The notes under the pieces: model-generated
What the model saw: only the letters and a program-made list of their open reading frames with translations
What the model was told of the DNA's origin: nothing
Databases searched by the model: none
Position numbers and translations under genes: made by a program
Origin: Paraspadella gotoi
Lineage: Eukaryota > Animalia > Chaetognatha
Assembly (NCBI GenBank): GCA_051294375.1
Contig: CM119265.1
Coordinates: 28,978,540 to 29,042,539, forward strand
Length of the DNA: 64,000 bases
Reading direction: 5' to 3'
Shown: positions 49,907 through 62,980 of the stretch, piece after piece
Position numbering within the stretch: the first letter of the stretch is position 1
Layout: the number at the start of each line of letters is the position of its first letter

Positions 49907-50791
49907 CTTTTTAGTCGGATCTGCTTATCAGCAGATTCCGACTCAATAATTCCATTTGTCGGTCCGTCGGTCCCACCCCAAAATATTGTTGGTAAATCAT
50001 TATTACATATCAGAACCTCAAATTATGATAAATTATGCCACCCCAACCGCACGGTGATTCCCCTGTCCCAACTCAACGGGTCAGGCGGAGGCCTCCCGGC
50101 AGGCAATGGACGCCCGATACCTCTCCCGAACCTGTAGCAACTTGGCGTGACTCTCTGAACGCCAAGCGCCGCCCAAAATGATGGCTACAGGAGGAGGGAG
50201 AGGAGTCTGTATCTCCTGCACCAAAAAAGGCAAGAACAGGCAACCGCCCACCTCACCGTCAGGTGAGAGGAGGGCCTTCGGCAGGCTTATCAGGCCAAAG
50301 AGATATTAGAGTGGCACTTGGTATTTTCCCAGCCGGGTCTTTACCTGACCCCATGATATCCCACTCTACAAGAATATCATCTCAGTCTATGACAAGCCAA
50401 TGACCCGATCATATTGTCAGCGTCCCACCTTTGTCCACCCGGGGGGGGCAGCTCATTTTGAGCTCTTTCTTCTCTTAATATTTTCACTTAACTATTAACT
50501 TATCTATCGCTCACCACCTATTCCTCCATTTCAATTTTCATCATTATTACTTATTTAACTTTTGTTAATTCAAAATCTCAGCTTATTTCTAAGTTTTTCT
50601 AAATTTATCTTTGTTGTACATTGTCAAATGTAATTATTTCTCTCTTTCTTTCTCTCTCTCTCCTCTCTTTCACTTTTCACCATTTCAAAATTATCTTCTT
50701 CTCTGTTCTTACCTTCACCTGTCCTCTCATCTGGCCACTGTCCTTTACTCAGCCCTTTGTTGGAAACTCTCCCTCAATCTCTCTCTCTCTC

Positions 50792-50824
<33 letters not shown>

Positions 50825-52290
50825 AACTTATTGTGTAGAGCATTTTGATAATGTTTTTTCAAAGCTGGCAAACAATAAACAATTCCTGATAAATTATGCA
50901 AAAAAAATTATGTCCATCCGTCCGTCCGTCGGTCTGTCCGTCTGCCCTTAGCAAAAACTCCAATTACTCGTGATTAGATGGATGGATTGGTATGAAATTT
51001 TGAGTGTGGGTAGGAAACTGTGTGATTGAGATGGATATTAAGTTTCGGTGGAAATTGGTTTAAATGGGGAAAAAAATATATTTCACTATTTGAACGCCAA
51101 TTGCTCATGAGTGGATAGGGCAATTGACTTGAAATTTTGTATGATGGTAGGAAAGTGTGAGATTGAGCTGGATATAAAGTTTTGATGGAATCGTGCGAGT
51201 GGAAATAATTAAAATGGAAAAAACAAAAGTCATATTTACTTGAAGTATTTTTACTTAAATTTACTCATAATTATATGTTTATTAAAAATTGGATGGATAA
51301 ATTGAAATGGAATTTTGTGTGTGGGTAGGAAAGTATGTGATAAAAGCTGGATATAAATTTTTTGATGGAATCGTAGGAGCGGAAAAGAGTTCAAATTAAA
51401 AAACCAAAAGACACATTTATTTGAATTTTTTAAAGTTTCTCTCTTTCAATCTCTCTCTGATTGATTGATTGATTGACCAAATTATGCCAATTGACAAAAA
51501 TATGCCAGTTGACCAAATTCTGCAAGTTGACCAAATTATGCCAGTTGACCAAATTATGCCAGTAGATCAAATTATGCCTATTGACCAAAATATGCCAGTT
51601 GACCAAATTATGGCAGTTGACCAAATTATGCCAGTTGACCAAATTATGTTAATTGACCAAATTATGTCAGTTGACCAAATTATGTCAGTTAAACAAATTA
51701 TGTCAGTTAACCAAATTATGTCAGTTAAATAAATTAAGTCAGTTGACCAAATTTTGTCAGTTTACCAAATTATGTCAGTTTGTAGATTTAATATTCGACA
51801 TCTTGGCACAGAGAAAGGACAGAACAGGATTGAGTTACATAGATAGAGCCGGTCTAAAAGGTAAGTAAATAGAAGCTGAATAACTGGAAGCAGCCCTGAC
51901 GGTTTAGGATGGAATCTGCCGGTTTCTGATGACTTTAAAGGAAACAAAAGACGTTCAAATAAAGGGTAAAAGATTCTATTAAATATTGGCTGACTTCTAG
52001 AATCCAATTTATAATAAATGCTTGGTGGTGATATCGATAAAGGCGATGTCCCGGGTTCGAGACTCGATATTGAGACATTATTTATAAGTATTATTAAAAG
52101 ATTCTGTGGCTCTGGATTAAGTATTTTAAATAAAAATTATATTATTTTTATTGGATTGGAAGCTACAAGTTAACCAAATTATGTCAGTTGACCAAATTAT
52201 GCCAGTTGACCAAATAATGCAAGTTGATTAAATTATGCAAGTTGACCAAGTTAGCTTATTACCTCCTAATTATTGTAGGCAGATCCGACA
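49907..52290 (+). mobile_element. Helentron/HINE-like composite element with nested insertions and 18-bp satellite (51470-51780)
   Basis: Hairpin end tttttagtcggatctgcttatcagcagattccgactc, GTCC tract, (gttgaccaaattatgcca)n, end gatccgacattgtttgctcaaacttgttt. Confidence 0.72.
50039..50886 (+). mobile_element. Insertion with 13-bp flanking direct repeat; 3' part related to the hammerhead-bearing repeat at 62645-63075 (Penelope-like remnant)
   Basis: tgataaattatgc at 50026-50038 and 50887-50899; ttatctttgttgtacattg(c)tcaaatg, ttgttggaaact and gcattttgataa are shared with the 62.7-kb copy. Confidence 0.6.
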
Positions 52291-52349
52291 TTGTTTGCTC
52301 AAACTTGTTTATCTTTTATTCCAATATTAAATAACAATTATTCATTTTA

Positions 52350-52567
52350 CCACATAGCAGATGCTATAGGCGAATCCTGGTATTTCTGGCATTTTCCCTC
52401 CTTCTTCACGATGCTCAACAGTGGCCCCCGTCTTACTATCGATACGTGTAACGTGACTCGCTGTGTACGAAACGTTTTTAGATTTGGAATTCTTTCTTTT
52501 GGATTTTTTAACTTGAGCGTTGTTGTTTTGGTTGACCCAGTTGTTTTTGGAATAGTTTCTTTGCTCC
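52350..52567 (-). CDS. Putative internal exon of an Asn/Lys-rich protein
   Basis: tttcag acceptor and gtaaaa donor; REQRNYSKNNWVNQNNNAQVKKSKRKNSK...EIPGFAYSICYV. Confidence 0.45.
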
Positions 52568-52621
52568 CTGAAAGAAAACAAATTGATTATAAGAATCAAT
52601 GTTTTATCACAACCGTTTTAA

Positions 52622-52696
<75 letters not shown>

Positions 52697-53029
52697 CGAG
52701 ACTGTGAGAGAGTCTGGGATTGAAAGCTTGCAAAAACTGCTACGTAATTATCTTGTAAGAGGCCTTAAATCACTCAAAGCCTGTCCAAATTCAGGGGCAA
52801 GAGAGCCCATCCATTAAATTAATTGATAATTTTCATACCGATTGTACCAATTTCATAAAAGCTTTTAATCGAGGCTCTCTAACAATTTATTTCTTAATCT
52901 CTCAGAGTGTGTGGCTTCGCTATCAATGAAGTAATCTGATTTTTTTTTAACTATTTCAAACGTACAAAATAATCACTTCCGGTTGTAAGTTAACCGGGTT
53001 ATTTCAATTAGACTTTTAGGTTAATTATG

Positions 53030-53180
53030 GTCTTTCGCCTTCCAACCAAAGTTCTAGCTCGCTGGCCGCCTCGCGGTTAAGAGAGACGGGTCTCTTAACC
53101 GGCTTACGGTATGGTGCCACAGTCCGATCATAAGATGTTTTATGAACGGTTTATTCATTATTTCAAACGGTCTCTCATCA
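53030..53180 (+). mobile_element. Old diverged copy of the TRIM family-1 LTR
   Basis: ttcgccttccaacc...gttctagctcg...ggttaagagagacgggtctcttaacc...tgaacggttt, colinear with the family-1 LTR. Confidence 0.6.
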
Positions 53181-53459
53181 AACAGTTAATTTGTAGTGGC
53201 GTTGGATACGACAGTTCCTTCCATTAACACCGGAATAGCATTCTGGGCTAACCTAATGCTCCTGGGATTTAGCCTTGGTTGGAGCGGTTGTTACAAAAGA
53301 GTGTTGGGCTGATAGGTCCATTAAGTGTTGGGGGCTATCCACACCCTCAGAGAGGGACGGCGACCCTTTCTCATATCAGTTAATTTATATTTATGTTAAA
53401 CTTCCACATCTTTTTTTAAACTTAATCTATCTATCTATCTATCTTATCTATCTATCTTT

Positions 53460-54064
53460 CTATCTATAAATAGCACTTAACCCAATCTCCAAATCCATGT
53501 TTTCCGATTCTTCATCTTTTTCTCTTTTCCCAAAACTTTGTGATTCAACATCAAATACGTCATCATCATCATTATCTTCGTCTCTTGTCACCGGCTGTGA
53601 ATTAAAATCGCAGAATAAAGATTTTAAAAAATACATATTAAAGGGCATAATTTTACTTTCAACGACTGGGGTTAGGGGTAATTAATGTTTAAGGGGGTTT
53701 GAGGTTATAGTAATTAGGTAATAATTTTCACAATTTTTTTTAATAATATAATTATTATTACATTTTTATAAAAAAGAGCCAAAATCCCAATCGCCGGAAA
53801 TAAAATTTTACTTATTAAAATATATTTTTATAATAATTAATAAATTACTAAAGGATTTGCAATGTTATTTTTAAAAAGTATAATTTTAATCTCTCAGTCA
53901 TTAAGAAAATTCTTAATGAGAGAACGATTATCATTTACACTAATAACATAAACAAAGTTAAACTGTTCCTTTGTTTCTCTTGCCTCATAACGATAATTGG
54001 ACAGCGCCGCCTTTCGTTTCTCTTCTCCTCTCGACCATCGACGATTCCCTTTTGTTTCTCGCAT
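53460..54064 (-). CDS. Small 71-aa basic/acidic protein; exons 54064-53984, 53594-53460; GC-AG intron
   Basis: MRETKGNRRWSRGEEKRKAALSNYRYE|PVTRDEDNDDDDVFDVESQSFGKREKDEESENMDLEIGLSAIYR*; paralog of 57639-58771 with the same junction. Confidence 0.68.
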
Positions 54065-55218
54065 CTTTTTTTAATATTTTTAATCTTCAAACGAATTACT
54101 TTCGGGAAAACGATATGGCAAAGATTTAGCGAAGGAAAATAAAATAATATAGTTGAAAAAATTTAAGAGTTTTATAGACTAATACTAGATAGCTAGATAT
54201 ATGATAAATGATAAATAATACAAAAATAAATAGATAAATATTAGATGAATAAATAATATAGAATGAAAACATTTAAGAGTTTTTTGATCCGGTTATTAAA
54301 TGATTCACTCTAGCATTAATTAAAAAAATTCTGCAGTGCATAGTAAAGTGATATGAAAATAATAAAATTTTAGAAAATTAAAATTTATTATATAAACAAA
54401 AAAATAATAACCAATAAAAATATTTTGGTAAATTTATTTTTTAATATTATACATTAGTTTTTTTAAAAATTATTTCATTAAGTTGGTCAAAAATGTAAAA
54501 AACTATAAGACACAGATTTTTAATTTCCAGCTTAAAAATATATTTTTTTAAAATTTTAACCTACTTCATGACACAATTTTTGAAAAAAGTTTATTTTTTC
54601 TTTTATCAACTTTTTACAAAGAATCTGAATCTGTTTTCAAAATTAAAAAAAAAAGAAAAATAGAAAAAAAATAGTACTATATACAAAATAAGCTGACTGG
54701 GCTTCTATATTTGTAAAAAAAAATAACTACAGATTAGTATTCACTAATATGATAGTTTTCAAGATATAACTGCTAACTGTTAAATGTGCTAATTATTTTA
54801 ATATTTAAATTTTATGATTTGAGGTTGCGACCAATTGAATCATTAAGCAAGAACAAAATAATTTTTAATAATAATTAATAATTTTTTTTTTAAATTGTGA
54901 TTAAATCTAATAAAAAATCAATATGAACAAGGAACGTACATAATTTTAAAAATAATGAATAATGAATAATATATAATAAATAAAAATAGTATTTCAATCT
55001 GGTTCAAGCTTTTATTAACGGACAGTATCATTGGGACACAGTATAGAAAACACAATATTTTGTAATACAATAATTAAGTTTAAAATAATTAATTTGTACT
55101 TTTTACTTTATGATTCTTTTTAAATTTATAACTTTGAGATCATGTTACTCTAGAACAATCTTGGTCAGACGACCATGTTAACCCTAAAAATCAGTTCCAG
55201 CCAGTCTTATTTCATATA

Positions 55219-55706
55219 CAGAAGGCTTCATATTATAAAATGTAGTACCCCTTTTTTGTGACCAGAATCTGTTCCCACCAAACTACCCAATCGAATTTAA
55301 TGAAATTTTACATTTAGAGTGCTAATGACTATATAAATGGAACTATCGAGGCGAATTTTGATATTCAACCCCTGACAAGAGATACAGGGCCCTGGGGGTG
55401 GACCCCTGGGGGGCCAAAAAATGCAAAAATTTTTTTTTTAATTTTTCAAATTTTTTTTTAGTAGCATCAGGTGCATTGACGTTTTAAACATAAAAAAAAC
55501 ATTTTAGAACTAAAATTGATAAATTTGCAATAATTAAGCATGGTTGAAGTTGCATGGTTCATCGTTTTACTTCTAATTTTCCCAAGTTATTCCAAATCTG
55601 ACTTCAACTGCTGATGTTCATGAAGCTAAAAATTAAGGTAAATGAATATTTTTGAGGTAATAAATACGTTGCCATTGTACCACATTTTATAATATAAAGC
55701 CTTCTG
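55219..55706. mobile_element. Tc1/mariner-type MITE
   Basis: TA|cagaaggcttcatattataaaatgtagtac ... gtaccacattttataatataaagccttctg|TA. Confidence 0.8.
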
Positions 55707-56227
55707 TATCTCTTTAAAGTAAACTTTTTTAGTTTTAGATTGAAAATATTTACAGAATGCAACACCAAAAACTATTTAGACTTAATTCACCCCCCCCCAT
55801 AAATATTGATTTCATTTTCATCTATACAAATTTTGGTAAAAAAGTTTTTTTTCTGTATTTGACGCCGACTTCAGGTGTAAGACTAAGAGTTATTTGTGGT
55901 CATATTAGATCCTAACTCCTAAAAAGCAGAATTTATTACGATCAAAAGAAACCAAAAAGAATTTATTTAAACATTGCAGATAAAAAAAATTGCATAACAA
56001 AACACTTTTTCTTCTAAATTTATCAATTTGAACGTCGGCTGAACAAATTAAACTTTTGTCAGTTGGATATTATATAGGTATGTGCTTTCAACTTTTATCA
56101 ATGGACTTATATACCCATAAAGCCCGATTTTGCTTTAAAATAGTTAGTTTTAAGGTTAGAAAATTTGCTCAGAGGTTAAATATGACGTTTTCGGAAAATA
56201 GTTGAGTACTGAAGACGGAGACTTGAA

Positions 56228-56649
56228 TCACATGCGGCGACGCGTATTGACGCTTATCAAGATGTAGAAGAAGAGAATGATACAGATGATGCCGCATGAA
56301 ACCATAAACTGTTGGCGGAAGAAAGGAGATAGAAGGAGATAGAAAAAAAGAGAAAAAAAAAGGAAAACGAAATGAAAGGATAAAAAATATTTTATTTTGT
56401 ATTGATTCGATTACCGAAATGCATCTGAGGATCAAACTCATCATCGCCAATGTATCGTCCTGATGATGCTCGTGGTGATCACCCTGATAACCTCCTTGAT
56501 TGTATTCGCCGTGATATTGTGAAACGTTTTTCGATGCCTCGTTTTCGTTCTCTCCTTTTTCTTCTTCTCCTTCGACGTCGTTGTTGTTTGTTTCATTGTT
56601 GTTGTTGTTGTTATTGTTGTTTCGGTTTTTGTTGTATTTTCTTCGTGAC
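56228..56649 (-). CDS. Putative single-pass membrane protein, 3' exons; the Asn-rich region has an apparent frameshift
   Basis: ...QGGYQGDHHEHHQDDTLAMMSLILRCIS|FMVSCGIICIILFFYILISVNTRRRM* (hydrophobic helix plus basic stop-transfer). The upstream frame does not join cleanly. Confidence 0.45.
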
Positions 56650-57638
56650 CTAAAAGTAAAAAAAAAGTTTTTACCTAAAATTTTATTTGTTTTTAAAATT
56701 ATTTTTAGAGACTCGTCGAAAGAAATATAGAAGAAACTTCGAAATTTGACGAAAACAGAAAATCTTTTTTGCTTTGATTCTAAAAGTTATTTGAGCAAAA
56801 TGAAGTTTTTTGAACAATCAAAGCAAGTTTGGAATGTATTTGTAAGCAGTGTTTGTTTTAAAAGTATTAAATTAAGCAAAACTTTTTTGCAAAAATAAAA
56901 AATAAAATATAATTGAAATATTTTACCTATATCAAGAAGATTAAGTAAATTAAGTAAATTAAGTAAAAAATTAAGTAAATTAAGTAAATTAAGTAAATTA
57001 ACCACGAGGTCTTGTGTTCCTTCCCAGGCTCCACGTTGATGATATTATTGGCATGAAAAGACCAAATCAAACTATTAACTACTATGAAAATAAGTTATTC
57101 TCAGACAGGTTAAAAAGATATTGTTAAAGTGTATATTAAGATCATAAAAATAATAAAGGTTTTATTAATAATCATATAATCAATTAAAATACTTTTTATA
57201 TGTATTTTTTTAAATTTTATTTTTTATTTTTTTTATAAGATTCTGATAAAAAAAATAAAAAAAAATAAAAGAAGTAATTTTGTTGCAGTGCATGTGTAGT
57301 CATGTAATCATCTTATGTTACGTCATATTATGTTAGGTCACGTCATGTGATGTCACGTCATGTCAAATACACGTGATAAGGTAGTCACTGCGGCGCAACA
57401 CATTTGAATTACCGTTCTTGTTATTGACTAGACCAATTTAATTAACCAAATGGATAACTTATTCAAAGATCAATATTTAAAATCCTTTTTTTTGTTCTTA
57501 TAAGACGCTACGAGTTTTAAGTTTAGTAGTGTCAACTTTTTTGCACGGTATGGTATATTGATATACATTTACTTTAGTAGTGTCAACTTTTTTGCACGGT
57601 ATGGTATATTGATATACATTTACTTTAATATTCTAACT

Positions 57639-58771
57639 TTACCCTTTTTCCACATCGATATTCAGTTCTTCCTCATCTTCTGAATTTTCTTCGATACTTA
57701 TGGATACGTCGTCTTCATCATCGTCGTATTTTGAAAATGACTAACGGATGAAACAGTAAATTAGTAATAATTTCATCTACATTTTTACATACAAATGTAA
57801 TTCAAACTTTTTTTGATATTCTATGAATTATTTTCTCATCTAACTTAAAGTACAAAAAGAACTGTCACTCAAAATCTTAAATTTTAATTTAACCTAATCT
57901 AATCAACTTAATTTAATTTAATTTAACTTAATCTTATTAACTTAATTTAATTTAACTTAATCAAATTAATTTAATTTAACAAAGTTGGAAAGCTGATCCA
58001 CAGGCCAGAATCTGTTCTATTCCTTTACCCAATAGTTTTGGCCAAAGATTACGGCCAAAACAATTGGCCAGTGGAGCGATGTATCTTCCCCACTAAAGTA
58101 CAACAACTTTAGCCTTTACCCCTAATTGTTCCTAGCGAGGAATCAATCCAACTCAGTCTCTTATCTTAAAGTTGTTTTTTTTTATTTCTGTTATAAGAAC
58201 AACATAACATTAGTCCAAAGCCAATAAATCCAAGGTTTGCTACCCAATCGTGGGCTGCTATTCCGGACTAGCCTAATTACTAATTACGAATACAATTGGT
58301 GCAACAATCCTAAAAGTTTGAGATGTTAACATTTCACAAGTTATCTCGTCCCTTGAGTACACTACAGGATTAAGAGATCTATCTTTTTTACTGGGACCTG
58401 CTCTGTCATCTTGTAAGAGTGACGGAGGCCTTAACCAACTATAGCCTGTTCAATGTCAGGGGCAAGATAGCTTATTTATTAAATAAATAGATAATTTTTT
58501 TATATTGGTTGTACTAATTTCATCTTAAAGTTATACAAGCTAAATAAACTCTCACTCATTTAGGCCTATCGATGTAACATAAATTAATAGCATGACCATT
58601 CAACAAAAAGCATTTCACTTTCACCAACTGTTCGCTTGTTTATCTTACCTCGTAACGATAGAGCGACGGTCCCGCCCTCTTCTTCTTCTCTCTTTTCATC
58701 CACGGAATTGTCACCCACCGACGATCCCCTTTTGTTTTCTGACTTTTTCGTTTTATTTCTCCGCTTCGCAT
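57639..58771 (-). CDS. Small 74-aa basic/acidic protein; exons 58771-58649, 57740-57639
   Basis: MRSGEIKRKSQKTKGDRRWVTIPWMKREKKKRAGPSLYRYE|SFSKYDDDEDDVSISIEENSEDEEELNIDVEKG*; phase-0 GT-AG. Confidence 0.68.
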
Positions 58772-59609
58772 TTGTGTTGTTGTCTTTTGACTCGAGCTCA
58801 AGAAAAGTTTTCTCCAGAATCGATACTTCGCTTATGTAGAAGAGTTAAGTTTCGAAGAGTTTAGATCGTTGTCAGAGAATTCGTCTGATGGCAGAATCGG
58901 GAATGCGAAAAATAAAGAAAATTGATCTACTGATTGATTGATTAAATCATTGTTTGATTGATCGATTGATTGATTGATTGATTGATGATTGATTGATGAT
59001 TGATTAATGATTGATTGATTGACTGATTAATTCATTGATTGATTGATTGATTCATTCATTTATTCATTCATTCATTCATTCATTCAATGGACGTAGAGTT
59101 CCGATTGAAAGGAAATGGGAAGGAATTTTGAAAAAAATATTTTAAAAAGAAAATAATTGTAATGAAAATAAAAGGGAGTGGTTTTTTCATACAATTGAAA
59201 CATTCTTTGAAATATTATTACACTTCATTGATAGGGAAGCCAGGTACTCTGGGAGTGAATAAAGGAGACTGTGAGAGAGTCTTTATTGAAACCTTGCAGG
59301 GACCTGCTATGTCATTATCTTATAAGAGTGATGGAGGCCTTAAATCACCAAAGCCTGTCCAAAGTCAGGGGCAAGATAGCTTATTTATTAAATGAATGAA
59401 AATTTTTATATTGGTTGTACCAATTTTCAAATGACTTGAAGGTAATTGTTGTCTTTCCCTTTTTTTCTATTTAAAGGATAATATGTTATAATTAAACAAA
59501 ATTATTTTTAGACTTTAGTCCTCTTTCTAATTTAATTATCAGACATGTCATTAAGTTTTTATATAAGAATAAAAACTTGGCTCGATCCAAATTTCGAGAA
59601 ACGACTTTT

Positions 59610-59935
59610 TCAGAGAAAATCTAATTCATTTCCAACAAAATCTAATTTATTTTCCAAAACAATCTAATTCATTTCGCAGAAAATCTAATTCAGTTCCCAA
59701 AAAATCTAATTCATTTCTTAGAAAATCAAATTAATTTCCGATAAAAAATAATTCATTCCCGAGAAAATCTAATTCATTTCCCAGAAAATCTAATTCTTTT
59801 CTTAGAAAATGCAATTCATTTCCAAGAAAATCTAATTTATTTCCGAGAAAATCTAATTAATTTCTGATAAAATCTAAATCATTTCTGATAAAATCTAATT
59901 CATTTCCCAGAAAATCAAATTCATTTCCGAGAAAT
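59610..59935. repeat. ~21-bp minisatellite
   Basis: gaaaatctaattcatttccca-like unit, about 15 copies. Confidence 0.85.
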
Positions 59936-60062
59936 GAGACGAAAAGATCATTTCTCGTTTTATCGTTTCTCTCTTTATCAGTGAAGTGGCTTGAAAAGAA
60001 CTCTTGGTGATTCGTGGCAGAGAATTCACGTGATCCAAATGATTCGCGCCAGAACAAAGGTC

Positions 60063-60134
<72 letters not shown>

Positions 60135-60149
60135 CTTTTTTTTTTTTTT

Positions 60150-60340
60150 AGATACTTGCTCCGCTTGATTCTTGCTCCTTGAGATTCATGCTCCTTTAGA
60201 TCAATGCTCCTTTAGATCGATGCTCCTTTAGATCCTGCTACTGTTGTTCCCTTCTCCTTTAGATCCTTGCTCCTTTAGTTCATTGCTCCAGTGGATCCAT
60301 GCTCTTTTAGATCCATGCTCTTTGGATCCATGCTCCATCC
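60150..60340. repeat. ~17-bp minisatellite
   Basis: tagatccatgctccttt-like unit. Confidence 0.8.
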
Positions 60341-61264
60341 CTCATTCTAGAAAACGATCTTTAGATGATTTTAATTTTTCTAAAAATGTTGACTTTCATA
60401 AAAAAACTATCCCTCATTAAGTTTAGTTTATACTCATAGCTTATTTAACCTGGGTTCGATTTTAAATAACCATATTAAAATATCTATCTGGAAGAAACTT
60501 TCGTGTATATTCATCCGACTTGTATTCTTTTAATTATTTATTAATTGACAAATAAAACATACATTTCACAACATTTCATTCCTGCACAGATTTGGCGACC
60601 TACCTAAAAACTTTTTTGGGCTCTTATCTCACCAAAAAAGAACTTATCTTTTTTTAAGAGGAGCTCAAAGTACTTTCCAAAAAAAAGTCCTTCTTTGTCT
60701 CTCGTTTTCATTCTTGAAATTCCCTAAAAATAGTATTGGTACAAGTTAATTTAATTAATTACTTTAACCTTTATTTGAAATAAAATAAAAGTAAGTAATG
60801 CGGCGGAGACTTAACAAAGCCTCACCGCAGACTTAAAACGGCCATGAGGGTTAACGCTCTCATAGATAGGAAACGTTAGTTTCACGTTTTAATCAAATAT
60901 ATTGCAAAACCGACTGCTTACTATTAAATTAAGTTTTATTTTATATTCTGTAGATCAATTGTTTTATCTTCATATTCTTCAATTGGAAACCCAAATCAAT
61001 TTTGTGATCAAAAAATGTTTAAGTTGGACGCTGCGTCGTTTTTGTGGTTCCTTATCACTTTTATCGTCATCTCATTTCATTTTTCAGCTGGTATAGTATA
61101 TATAGTATATAGTATATAGAGCAAAGGATGTTTAAAAATTTAATTGATAAAATATAAATCACCTTTTCAAACAAAATAATATATTTTGTTAAACCTGCAA
61201 AGTAAAAGAAATAAAATTGCGGTTTTTATTTAATATGTACAAAGTTTGAGGACGAAAAAGAAAG

Positions 61265-62650
61265 AAAACAAGTTTGAGCAAACAATGTCGGATCTGCCTA
61301 CGATAGTTAAGCGGTAATAAGCTAATCCGATGATAAATCGTGGTAATTTTTTTGACTCTCAATTTGTGATTATAACAAATAATAACAGACTTCTTAATAA
61401 ATCTATGAAAAAATATATATATCAATTGATCTATCAATCATTACCATTAGCTGTGTTAATACCAACTTGCATAATTTGGTCAACATTCATAATTTAATCA
61501 ACATGTATGGCAACAGCCGGGTTGCCTGTGATGTCCATTGGGATGGGGCATCTCACTGTTGGCTTTAAGGGCTTCCGACCCTCAGTGACGAATCCAGTCA
61601 CTGGCGCGGTTACCCTAGGACAGTCTCGCTTTGCCAATGCAGAGGGAAGTCGTTAGGACTGTGGATGGAACACTACGCCTGGGATGGTGTGTTCCCCCTC
61701 TGAGCCAATGGATTTGGCTGTAGGATGGTGGACATGAGGCGGTGTGAATATACCACCTCACTTGCATAATAAAATTAACTGGCATAATTTGGTTATCTGG
61801 CATAATTTGGTCAACATACATAATTTGCTCAATTGGTATAATATGGTCAACTGATGTAATTTAGTCAAGTGACGTAATTTAGTCTGTAGGACACAAACTC
61901 TTGTTATAGTTCTTTGCTTTTAACTTCCTTTTGTAAAAGTGTTTAAAAATATAAACAATAAATATATGTTTGTTATAATTGTATTGATATGTTTTAATTA
62001 TGTTTTCTTTTCATACAACTTGTGATAAAATTAATTAGCTCATCAAGTCAACTGGCATAATTTGGTCCACTGGCATGAATTGGTCAACTGGTATAATTTG
62101 GTTTAAATGCTTAATTTGGTTAAGTGACATAATTAGATCAAATTGCTTAATTTGGCAACCGGCATAATTTGGTCAACTTGCATAATTCAATCAACTTGCA
62201 TAATTTAATCAACTTTCATAATTTAATCGACTTGCATTATTTAATCAACTGGTATAATTTGGTCAACTGACAGAATATGGCCAACTGGCATAATTTGGTT
62301 AACCGGCATAATTTGGTTAACTGGCATAATTTTTTTCAACTTGTATAATTTGGTCAACTTGCAAAATGTGGTCAACTGGCATTACTTATTCAACTGGCAT
62401 AATTTGGTCAACTTGCATAATTTGGCAAATTGTTGTAATTTGGTCAACCGGCATAATTTGGTCAATTGACATAATCTGTTCAACTGTAAAATTTGGTCAA
62501 CTGGCATAATTTGGTCAATTGGCATAATTTGGTCAATCAATCAATCAATCAATCAATCAATGATTCTGAGAGAGATAGAGAGAAAATTTAAAAAATTGAC
62601 ATAAATGTTTCTTTTGGTTTTCTGTTTTAAACTCTTTTCCACTCCTACGA
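61265..62650 (-). mobile_element. Helentron/HINE-like element with 18-bp satellite; further fragments at 63075-64000
   Basis: aaacaagtttgagcaaacaatgtcggatctgcc end; (tggcataatttggtcaac)n. Confidence 0.7.
61506..61760 (+). mobile_element. Solo LTR-like insertion (TRIM family 2) inside the 18-bp satellite
   Basis: Starts TATGG with hairpin ggcaac-agccgg-gttgcc; ends CCTCA; 4-bp flanks CATG/CTTG interrupt the host unit aatcaa-cttg-cataat. Confidence 0.62.
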
Positions 62651-62761
62651 TTTCAATTTTTCAAATTCAAAATTAATTTATTTCAATTTTGTTATTAGAC
62701 ATACAAATCAAGTTTCTTTAATTTTATCTTTGTTGTACATTGCTCAAATGAAATTGCTTAT

Positions 62762-62813
<52 letters not shown>

Positions 62814-62980
62814 ACCAAATTTCACTTCTTTTCACCACTTATTCAATCTAGCCTAAACTAAATCTGTCCTCTACACTGACCACTAATCTGTCTCAATTCA
62901 TTGTTGGAAACTTTAACCTTTTCTGTCTCTCTCTCTCTCTTTCTTTAACTCACAAAAATATACCATTATTCACAACTGTT

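Noticed and set aside
57523-57625. 51-bp perfect direct repeat
   Set aside because: Simple local duplication with no sign of function.
61506-61760. HDV-like ribozyme
   Set aside because: Hairpins are present, but I could not assemble the nested double pseudoknot.
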